This document shows positions 53,887 to 64,000 of a stretch of DNA of 64,000 bases, in pieces (within the stretch, counting starts at the first letter, position 1; every line of letters starts with the position of its first letter). The notes under the pieces are model-generated. The model saw nothing but the letters and a program-made list of their open reading frames with translations, searched no databases and was not told where the DNA came from. Both the position numbers and the translations under genes were made by a program. The stretch comes from Mobula hypostoma (lineage: Eukaryota), in contig NC_086097.1 in assembly GCF_963921235.1 (NCBI RefSeq), positions 214,088,001-214,152,000 of the forward strand. Direction: 5' to 3'.

Positions 53887-54754
53887 AGATCAAAAAAGTG
53901 TCTAGTTATCTATCTATCTAAGTATCTATTACATAGAGTCATACAACATGGACACAGCCCTTCAGCCCATTGGTCCATGCCAACCATTCAGCAAAACAAC
54001 CTCCTACCATCAATCTCTGCTTCCTACCAGCAAGTCAATCGTGAATCCAAATGGCCAGCTCTCCTTAAGTGCCATGCAATCTAACTCTCCATGATAGCCT
54101 ACCAGGTGGAACCTCTCCCTCAATTAGGATCCAACATATTCCACAATATCAATAATTCCTCACAAGGATCAATCATTTGACGAAGAAGTATCACTAATTT
54201 TCTTGGCAATTACATCACACAAGACTGAATGACAGCTGTCTACTACTGGAAGTTAAGGTTTAATTCACTGTAAAGAGTAATTTGTATTCAGCAATGCCAG
54301 GGGCCAGGTTATATTACACTTTGGACAATCTATACTTGTCATCACTGTGGTAACTGGTCATTTCTACTGAGATGCTGCATCTTGCTTTCAACAGAAAATT
54401 TCCACTGGGCTTTTCTTTTACATTGAGTGTTTAGTTTCAATGTCACAAATTATTTTTGAAGATTTCATAATACTGTTGCTCACAGTAACACCCCAAGGTT
54501 TGGTGCATTCCTCTTCCCCAAATGGAACACACCTATACATGCTGTAAGCAGTTTTCTATTCCCTGGTGAAGGCCAAACACTTCTCGATCTTTTCTAAATT
54601 ACTTTAGCTTCAGTTGAAAAACACATACAAACAATTTCAAATGTAAGATTTGAAGAGGATTTATAAAAATTCTGAATGTAAACTTCCTATGAGCTGTTTT
54701 GGATGTTCAGGAATTTCATTTGGTTAAGAAATGTAAAGCCCTAAGATCATATAT

Positions 54755-56225
54755 TATAGTAGCAGAACTAGGGCATTTGGCCCATCGAGTCTGCTCCACC
54801 ATTTCATCATGGCGGATCCATTTTTCCTCACAGCCCAATCTCTTGCCTTCTCCCCGTCTCCCTTCATGCCCTGACCAATCAAGAATCTATCAATTTCTGC
54901 CTTAAATATACATAAAGACTTGGTCTCCACAGCTGCCTGTGGCAACCAGTTCCACAGCTTTACCACTGTCTAGCTAAAGAAATTGCTCCTCACCTCCATT
55001 ATAAAAGGACACCCCTCTATTTTGAAGCTGTGTCCTCTGGTCTCAGACACTCTTACCATAGGAAACATCATCTCCACATCCACTCTATCAAGGCCTTTTG
55101 CCATTCAATAGGTTTCAATTAGGTCACCCCTCATTCTTCTAAATTCCAGTGAATATAGGCCCGGAGTCATCAAGTGCTCTTCATATGAAAAGAATTTTAA
55201 TCCTGAAATCATTTTCATGAACCTCCTTAGCACCCTCTCTAGTTTCTGTACATATTTTCTATGAGAATGGGCCCAAAACTGCAACTAAGGCCTCACTAAT
55301 ACTTCATAAACTCTCAACATTACATCCTTGCTTTTATATTCTAGTCCTCTTGAAATGAATGGTAATATCCCATTTGCCTTCCTCACCCACAGACTCAACC
55401 TGCAAATTAACCTTTAGGGAATGCTGCACGAGATCTTCCAAGTCCCTTTGCACCTTAGTTTTTTTGTATTTTCTTCCATTTAGAAAATAGTCAACCCTTT
55501 CATTTACTTCTACCAAACAGCATGACCATACACTTCCCGACACTATATTCCATCTGCCACTTCTGTGCCCATTCTCCTAATTTGTCTGTCCTTCTGTAGT
55601 CTTACTATTTCCTCAAAACCACCTGTCCCTCCACCTATCTTCATATTGTCTGCAAACTTTGCAACAAAGCCATCAATTCTATCATCCAAATCATTGACAT
55701 ATAATATAAAAATTAAATTGGTCCCAACACCACTAATGGAACACCACTAGTCACCGGCAGCCAACCAGAAAAAGCTCCTTTTATTCCCACTCTTTCTGCC
55801 TGTCAATCAGGCCACAGCTTTATCCATACTAGAATCTTTCCTGTAATACCACAGGCTCATAACTTGTTAAGCAGCCTCTTGTGTGGCACCTTGTCAAAGG
55901 CCTTCTGAAAATCCAAGTACACAACATCAGCCAATTCTCCTTTGTCTATACTGCTTGTTGTTTCTTCAAATAACTCCAACAGATTTGTCAGCTAAGGTTT
56001 TCCCTTAAGGAAACCATGTTAATTATGGTCTATTTTATCATGAGCCCTCAAGTACCCTGAAACCACATCCTTTAACAACCGACTCCAACATCTTCCCAGC
56101 CACTGAGGTCAGACTAACTGGCCTATAATTTCCCTTCTTCTGCTTCTCTCCCTCCTTGAAGACTGGAGTGACATTTGCAATTTTCTAGTTTTCCGGAACC
56201 ATTCCAGAGTCTAGTGATGCTTGAA
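54755..56225 (-). mobile_element. Degraded CR1 LINE
   Basis: Reverse-complement DFQKAFDKVPH, KFADN and LWNWLPQ motifs. Confidence 0.85.
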
Positions 56226-56484
56226 ATATTATTGCTAATGCCTACACAATTTCTTAGCTATCATAATTTCTTAATTATAGTGCAACAGACTTTAGCTCAC
56301 AATAGAGTGTCCTTAATATCTCAAAAAATAGGATCTTATTTCACCTTACAGCACCATTCCGGCAATTGCCAAGACACACAAACCCTCATTAAATATGCTT
56401 CCACACATCAGCACAATGATAATCAACCGAAAGAACAAAAGATAAAGGAAAATATATAAACGAGCCGAAAGCCACCCTATATAC

Positions 56485-56529
56485 CTTCAATAAATTCATC
56501 ACCGATTGGTAAATCTTCCTCTCTTTCAC
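56485..56529 (-). CDS. ASPH: 45-nt phase 1-1 exon (G)EREEDLPIGDEFIE
   Basis: ttttaatttatacttgcag|GTGAA...TGAAG|gtatat. Confidence 0.8.
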
Positions 56530-58060
56530 CTGCAAGTATAAATTAAAATTAGCTGAAAATTTGAAACTATACGTTAGTTGAAAATTATGCATATTTGTTC
56601 AAATTATGGACTATAATTTGCCCTCAACGATAAAGAAATTATCACAACAACTCATTATACTGACGTAACAGGTTTGTTCCCGGCTTACTCTGTAACTGAT
56701 CTGATTGAAGAAACATTAATGAACAACAGTGTCTAAACCAATTAAATCTCAAAATAGAGGGGGAAATGAGGGAGATGTAATAAGTGTAAAGTTAAAAAAT
56801 GAAGTTTTGAAATATTTGACAATAATTAGAAAGTGAAATGACAAGTTTTAAGATTTGAGTAATTAAGCTTTAAAAAAAAAACCCGATCTTCTCTACCAAG
56901 TGCAATGGATTTTCTGCAGTGTCACACATTCATTTCATTACCAAATTTCTTAAAGAGATACAATTATCATACATAGGATATTTTTATTCATCTGTGCAGA
57001 CACATAGGAAGCTAATTTAAGCAAAAATACCCAGGAAGTGCTGGAATTAACAGTTTGGACCATATGTATAGAAAAAGGTTAACGGTTCATGTCTCAGAAC
57101 CATTTTATTCGATTTCATTTCAGATATCCAGCATTTGCATTTGTTTTTATTTTGACTTGGAGCTTCTTTAACATCTTACCCAAAATGAGCAACTTAGACA
57201 CTGTTGCACTGGGCAGCAGAGTGTCAGACTAAATACTGCACAAGTTTCTAGTGTGGACCTGCTCTCTCATTCATCTGACACAGTAACGAAGCAGCACCCA
57301 CTGGACTTCTGTTGACACGTTAGGCATTAGTACAATCATTCAGACATTCAGTTACTTCCCCCCGCCAAACCCTTACTCTCACTACTTCATCATTTCCTAT
57401 CAACTTCACCTTATGTACTCCTGTACCTGGCGTAAGTAGATGCAATAGCAACACACACAAAATGCTGGAGGAACTCAGATGTCCAACATCTTCAAATTTT
57501 ATTTTGTTTGTGATTGGATAAATTCCTGCAACATTTTGTGTGTTACTTGGATTTCCAACATCTGCAGATTTTCTCTGGTTTGACAATAGTACATATACAA
57601 TCAGTCTATGCATACAAGCTGATCTTATGTGTTTATATTTATCACGTTTTATTACTGTGTTCTTTAAGCTTATTGTGTATTTTTTGCGGCATCACATCAG
57701 AGTAACAATCACTCTGCTCTCCTTTATATTTGTGTACTGAAGAATGGCAATGAACAATGTTGAATCTTGAATAATCAGCATTTAAACAGCTCATTTAACC
57801 AGCCTTCTGAAATGAGTAAGTTACATTTTGAAAGGACACCATTCTACAATGAATCTGAAAACACCTGTCACACATTTCAACGATCTCAGTACTTGGAAAG
57901 TGATATGAATGAGAAACAAGTGTATTTTTGACATAATCTGCAAACACAACTTTCACTTGGAAAAACAAAGATCAATATGCTTCATGCCACTCATCTATAG
58001 AGAAAACAATCATTTATTGAACACAAAGATACATACAAAATAAATAACACAAAAATTAAC

Positions 58061-58108
58061 CTTCACTGTCCAGATGATCAGAGAAATCTTCCATTTCACT
58101 TTCATGTG
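58061..58108 (-). CDS. ASPH: 48-nt phase 1-1 exon (A)HESEMEDFSDHLDSE
   Basis: ttttttctccccccactag|CACAT...TGAAG|gttaat. Confidence 0.82.
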
Positions 58109-58743
58109 CTAGTGGGGGGAGAAAAAATCTTCTGTAAGATCATGAAGTTCAAAGTGCATTCTCCTCCTAGCCATACCATCGTAATCTATCTTAAGAAGCA
58201 GTATATCATTTTAAAATTCCTTGAAAAAACTTCTTGAATCATCTCTCACAAGCTTAATTTATCATTCATGCATAATTAGGTAGCAATTTTCATCTAGAAG
58301 GAATAAATTAAATTGAAGTACCAACACAAAGTACCAACAAACTTTCAAGCATCAAACCAGCGCTTAAGTACAATTATGAAGAAAGCACGGCAGTGCCTCA
58401 ACTTCTTTAGAAGTTTGTGAAAATGGCATGACATCTAAATCTTTGACAAACTTCAACAGATCTGTGGTAGAAAGTATTTTGATGGTCACATCATGGCTGA
58501 TACACATTGACTGGTTACAATATGGAAACACCAATGTCCTAGATGGAAAATTCTATATAAAGTAGTGGATACGGCCCAGTCCATCATTCACAGTATACAG
58601 AATAAGGCAGATGATTTTATAGCACAGTTAAAGATTGGCTGGTATGCTGGTATGACGTTGTGGGCATCACTGAGTCATGGCTGAAAGAAAATTATAGTTC
58701 GAAGCTTAATATCGAAGGATACACATTGTATTGAAAGGACAGG

Positions 58744-60300
58744 CAGTGAGTAAAAGATGAAACGATTTCCAAAAGGCATAAAGTTAAAGATGACGCATTT
58801 TTTTTAATATTTTAAGCAAGAAAACTTCTTTATTTCCATCTTTTACAGTTTCAAAATAACAAAAAAGGAAAAAGGGCCTGAAGCAAAAGTTTGGGTACCC
58901 TGCATGGCAGTACTTAGTAACACCCCCTTTGGCAAGTATCACAGCTTATAAACGCTTTTTGTAGCCAGCTAAGAGTCTTTCAATTCTTGTTTGGGGGTTT
59001 TTGCCCATTCTTCCTTACAAAAAGCTTCTAGTTCTGTGAGATTCTTGGGCCGTCTTGCATGCACTGCTCTTTTGAGGTCTACCCACAGATTCTCGATGAT
59101 ATTTAGGTCGGGGGACTGTGAGGGCCATGGCAAAACCTTCAGCTTGCACCTCGAGGTAGTCCATTGTTGATTTTGAGGTGTGTTTAGGATTATTATCCTA
59201 TTGTAGAAGCCATCCTCTTTTCACCTTCGTTTTTTTTACAGACGGTGTGATGTTTGCTTCCAGAATTTGCTGGTATTTAATTGAACTCATTCTTCCCTCT
59301 ACCAGTAAATGTTCCTCGTGCCACTGGCTGCAACACAAGCCCAAAGCATGATTGATCCACCCCTGTGCTTAACAGTTGGAGACATGTCCTTTTCATGAAA
59401 TTCTTCACCCTTTTTTCTCCAAACATACCTTTGCTCATTGCGGCCAAAAAGTTCTATTCAAAAAGTTCAAAGGAATATTTAAACAAGCCTGATGCATTTT
59501 GGAAACAAGTCCTGTGGACTGATGAAGTTAAAATAGAACTTTTTGGCCACAATGAGCAAAGGTATATTTGGAGAAAAAAGGGTGAAGAATTTCATGAAAA
59601 GGACATGTCTCCAACTGTTAAGCACAGGGGTGGATCAATCATGCTTTGGGCTTGTGTTGCAGCCAGTGGCACAGGAAACATTTACTCGTAGAGGGAAGAA
59701 TGAATTCAATTAAATACCAACAAATCCTGGAAGCAAACATCACACCGTCTGTAAAAAAGCTGAAGATGAAAAGAGGATGGCTTCTACAACAGGATAATGA
59801 TCCTAAACACACATCAAAATCCACAATGGACTACCTTGAGGCACAAGCAGAAGGTTTTGCCATGGCCCTCAGTCCCCCGACCTAAATATCATTGAGAATC
59901 TGTGGATAGACCTCAAAAGAGCAGTGCACGCAAGACGGCCCAAGAATCTCACAGAACTAGAAGCCTTGTGCAAGGAAGAATGGGCGAAAATCCCCCAAAC
60001 AAGAATTGAAAGACTCTTAGATGGCTACAAAAAGCGTTTACAAGCTGTGATACTTGCCAAAAGGGGTATTACTAAGTACTGCCATGCAGGGTTCCCAAAC
60101 TTTTGTTTCGGGCCCTTTTCCTTTTTTGTTATTTTGAAACTGTAAAAGATGGAAATAAAAAAGTTTTCTTGCTTAAAATATTAAAGAAATTTGTCATCTT
60201 TAACTTTATGCCTTTTGGAAATCAGTTCATCTTTTACTCGCTTAGCTACTCACAGTAACAGAAATTTTGACCGGGGTGCCCAAACTTTTGCATGCCACTG
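58744..60300. mobile_element. Palindromic Tc1 transposon derivative made of two inverted 3' halves
   Basis: Transposase motifs WTDEVKIELFG, GGSIMLWAC, QQDNDPKHTS and a frameshifted DLNIIENLW; arms ~58748-59458 and ~59532-60239; terminus CAGTG. Confidence 0.92.
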
Positions 60301-60685
60301 TCTGTCACCATATACAACCCTGAGATTCAATTTTCGTGTGGGGATAATCAACAAATCTATAGAATAGTGACTATAACAGAATTAATAAATGATAGCCCAA
60401 CTAGGGCATTCAGCCAGAGGGCAGAAGACAATTGGTGCAAATACATAAAGAAGAAACAATAATATAAATAAATAACCAATAAATACCGAGAACATGAGAT
60501 GAAGGGTTCTTGAAAGTGAGATAAAAGTGAGTTTAATAGTAAGATAGTAAGAGTTAAAGGAGCAAGTTTAGGTGAGGTGTAGGAAATTGGTATCACACAA
60601 GTTCTTTGAGATTAAAAGGGAAAATAGAAATGAAGAAAGAAATTAGGAGGGCAATGAAATGACACTGACAAGTAGGATTACCATA

Positions 60686-61737
60686 ACACTCACACCACGT
60701 TGGAGGAACTCAGCAGGTCGGGCAGCATCCGTGGAAACAATCAGTCAACGTTTTGGGCCGGAACCCTTCGTCAGGACTGAAGAGGGCCCTATAAAGAAGG
60801 TGGGGGGAGGGTGGGAAGGAGAAGACTGGTAGGTTCCAGGTGAAAAACCAGTAAGGGGAAAGATAAAGGGGTGCGGGAGGGGAGGCAGGGAGGTGATAGG
60901 CAGGAAAGGTGAAGAAGGAATAGGGGAAAACACAGTGGGTAGTAGAAGGAGGCGGAACCATGAGGGAGGTGATAGGCAGCTGGGAGAGGGGCAGAGTGAC
61001 ATGGGATAGGGGAAGGGAGGGGGAGGGAATTACCCGAAGCTAGAGAATTCTATGTTCATACCAAGGGGCTGGAGACTACTTAGACGGTATATGAGGTGTT
61101 GTTCCTCCAACCTGAGTTTAGCCTCATCATGGCAGTAGAGGAGGCCATGTATGGACATATCTGAATGGGAATGGGAAGCAGGGTTGAAGTGAGTGGCAAC
61201 TGGGACATCCTGTTTGTTTTGGCAGACGGAGCGGAGGTGCTCGACGAAGCGTTCCTCCAATCTGCGTTGGGTTTCACCGATGTAGAGGAGGCCACACCGC
61301 AGATTATTTTGCGTTTACGATTTGCTATAACCATAATAGGTGATAGGCAGCTGGGGAAGGGGGCAGAGTGAAATGGGGATAGGGAAAGGGAGGGAAGCTG
61401 CCTATCACCTCCCTCATGGTTCCGCCTCCTTCTACTACCCTGTGTTTTCCCCTATTCTTTCTTCACCATTCCTGCCTATCACCTCCCTGCTTCCCCTCCC
61501 CCACCCCTTTATCTTTCCCCTTACTGGTTTTTCACCTGGAACCTACCAGCCTTCTCCTTCCCACCCTCCCCCCACCTTCTTTATAGGGCCTCTGCCCCTT
61601 CCCTCTTCAGTCCTGACAAAGGGTTCCGGCCCAAAACATCGACTGATCGTTTCCACGGATGCTGCCCGCCCTGCTGAGTTCCTCCAGCATGTTGTGAGTG
61701 TTGCTTTGATCCCAGCATCTGCAGAGTATTTTATGTT
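60686..61737. mobile_element. Penelope-like element with GIY-YIG C-terminus and inverted pseudo-LTRs
   Basis: Minus-strand LYIGET..RFVEHLRS..VATHFN..EQHLIYRL..QPLGMN; inverted pLTR copy ~61397-61737; TSD-like TAGGATTAC at 60673-60681 and 61738-61746. Confidence 0.9.
60741..60780 (-). ncRNA. Decayed minimal type-I hammerhead ribozyme motif
   Basis: tcagtc-CTGACGA-agggttccggccc-AAAA(for GAAA)-C-GTT-gactga; perfect 6-bp helix I. Confidence 0.65.
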
Positions 61738-62426
61738 TAGGATTACAGTAAAATTCCTCAACCTTTTCTGAGTATATTAGAAGAACGTAGCTAAGGAAAG
61801 AGTAAGTCCCTTTGGGGACTAAAGGAGTAATCTGTATATGGAGCCAGGGGGCATGATTAGGGTCCTCCACGAATACATCTCATCAGTATAAGGCAGGGAG
61901 AAGGATGTAGTGGCTGGAGAGTAAGGAAAAAAATACACAGATATTCTCCAACATAGCTGTATCAGGAAGCAGAAAGTGCTGAAAATCTTATTATACATTA
62001 TGATGAATAAATCTTAAGGGCTGGATGGGATATATCCCAAGCTGCTAAGGGAAGCAAGCCAGGAGACAGTTGGGAATCTGAAAATGATTTCTACAACTGC
62101 ATTAGCCATGCGAGAGGTACCAGAAACATGGTGGATGGCAAATTTTCCCTGTTGTTCTAAAACACAATAGGGATAACTCTAGAAATGACAGGCTGGGTGA
62201 GCCTTTTATCAGTGGTGAGGAAGCTGCTGGAGAAGATTCTGACAGACAGAATTTACCTTCACTTGGGAAGAGAGAAATTGATTAGGAGGAGATACCATGT
62301 TTTTGTGTAAGGGAGATGTTATTCATAATGGAAGCATGAACAGACAATAACTCCAACTAATTATGAAAATAATTCCTTCATTCACTACACTTCACATAGG
62401 TTTTGTATAAAATAAGTAATACGTAC

Positions 62427-62477
62427 CTATAGTATCTTGTTCAGAGACTACTTCTTCAGGTTCGAACACTGCTTCAT
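62427..62477 (-). CDS. ASPH: 51-nt phase 1-1 exon (D)EAVFEPEEVVSEQDTI
   Basis: ttttctttatgttgtag|ATGAA...TATAG|gtacgt. Confidence 0.82.
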
Positions 62478-62702
62478 CTACAACATAAAGAAAATTTTGT
62501 TACCAGAATCAGTACAGCAGCTCATTGGAATTAAAATATTGATTAGTGATTGTGCAAACCTGAAACAGTGTATTCATTAACTTCCCCCTCTCTCTCTTCT
62601 AACTCTGACAGAAAAAGAAGTTTCTGCAAAATTAATGGCTCTTCCTTAAAAATTTAAAGTCTGCCGTGGAAATACCTCACAAAATCTACCTGGAAATTCT
62701 TC

Positions 62703-63733
62703 TACAGAGACCTCTGCCTTGATCCTGCCTTGTGCAGCTGGATCCTGGACTTCCTGTCAGATCGCCAGCAGGTTATACGAGTGGCTCCCGCACCTCCAAC
62801 CCTCTGACTCTCAATACAGCAGCCCCTCAGGGCTGCATACTGAGTCCTCTCCTTTACTCCCTGTATACCCATGATTGTATCGCCACCCACAGCTCCAATC
62901 TGCTAATTAAATTTGCTGAAGACACTACATTGATTGGCCTTATCTCAAACAATAACGAGGTGGCCTACAAGGAAGAAGTAATCTCTCTGACACAGTGGTG
63001 TCAAGAAAACAACCTCTCCTTCAATGTCGCAAAAACAAAGGAGCTGGTCATGGATTACAGGAGGAATGGAGATGGGTTAACCCCCTATTGACATCAATGG
63101 ATCTGGGGCAGAGAGGGTTAACAGCTTTAAGTTCCTTGGCATCCACGTCACTAAGGACCTCATGTGGTCTATACACACCAGCTGTGTGGTGAAAAAGGCA
63201 AAACAGCGCCTCTTTCACTTCAGACAGTTGAGGAAGTTTGGTATGGGCTCCTAAGCCTAAGAACTTTCTACAGGGGCACAACTGAGAGCATCCTGACTGG
63301 CTGCATCACTGCCTGGTATGGGAACTGTACTTCCCTTAATCGCAGAACTCTGCAGAGAGTGGTGTGGACAGCCCAGCGCATCTGTAGTTGTGAACTTCCC
63401 ATGATTCAGGACATTTACAAGGACAGGTGTGTAAAAAGGGTCCGTAGGATCATTGGGGACCCAAGCCATCCCAACCACAATCTATTCTAGCAGCTACCAT
63501 CTGGGAAGTGGTACCACAGCATAAAAGCCAGGACCAACAGACTCCGGGAAAGCTTCTTCCACCAGGCCATCAGACTGATGAACTCACACTGATTTGCGTG
63601 TACTCTATATTACATTGACTGTTCTATTTATTATAAATTACTATGATTGCCCATTGTGCATTAGATGGAGACGTAACGTAAATGTTTTTACTCCTCATGT
63701 ATGTGAAGGACGTAAGAAACAAAGTCAATTCAA
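62703..63733 (+). mobile_element. Rex1/Babar-like LINE 3' part
   Basis: APQGCILSPLLYSLYTHDC, KFAEDT and WCQENNLSFNVAKTKEL motifs; (CAATT)n tail. Confidence 0.9.
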
Positions 63734-64000
63734 TCAACAACTTCAGGTTCAGAGTCCCCTGCAAGTAAAAGATTCCCACCATGACTGAAAGCAATAATAT
63801 TGGCTATCTTTTTGCAATAATGCAGTAATTTGAGTTACAACATTTCAGAAAAAAAAGAACAGGAGAGGAGCACTGAGTTATTAATTTGCCCTCCATTGGT
63901 TTAGGTAAATACAGAGACTGTTTTCCAGCTTTTTCAGGTTTTCAAATAACAGCAAAAAACAACGTATTTGTGGTATGATAAGGGAAGGTACAGGTGAGTC

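Larger units (their letters stand above)
60590..62330 (+). mobile_element. Old CR1 LINE interrupted by a Penelope element
   Basis: GLDGIYPKLLREA-like and SVVRKLLEKIL-like remnants. Confidence 0.7.

Noticed and set aside
60800..61030. G-rich purine tract as a special G-quadruplex element
   Set aside because: Ordinary strand-biased part of the Penelope pseudo-LTR, repeated at ~10590-10850
630..63788. The many 60-180 aa ORFs in the track as protein-coding genes
   Set aside because: They are broken transposon frames, antisense shadows or random AT-rich ORFs; no intact autonomous element was seen

Overview
This is eukaryotic, repeat-dense intronic DNA. The repeat repertoire (CR1, Rex1/Babar, Penelope, V-SINE/Deu-SINE, Tc1) suggests a cartilaginous fish, by inference. 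No prokaryotic genes or CRISPR arrays were seen, and nearly all listed ORFs are retrotransposon fragments or their antisense shadows. The real host gene is on the minus strand and is essentially missed by the ORF track. I read ten 36-72 nt phase-1/phase-1 exons between 62477 and 35346 that splice into a 156-aa peptide with about 39% Asp/Glu. They are followed by two alternative continuations: a terminal exon encoding D-L-stop with a ~1.25 kb 3'UTR (16715 to ~15455), or an internal exon EKRSDSEVKKEEK (13888-13850). This layout matches the ASPH locus (junctate/humbug versus catalytic aspartyl beta-hydroxylase). The introns hold nested transposons with readable target-site duplications (TSDs), decayed hammerhead-ribozyme motifs in Penelope repeats, several fold-back hairpins (one ~1.5 kb), and inverted repeat pairs bracketing seven in-frame exons. 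Exon coordinates were counted by hand; most repeat boundaries are approximate. I see no evidence of a wholly new gene system. The most novel items are RNA-level hypotheses.
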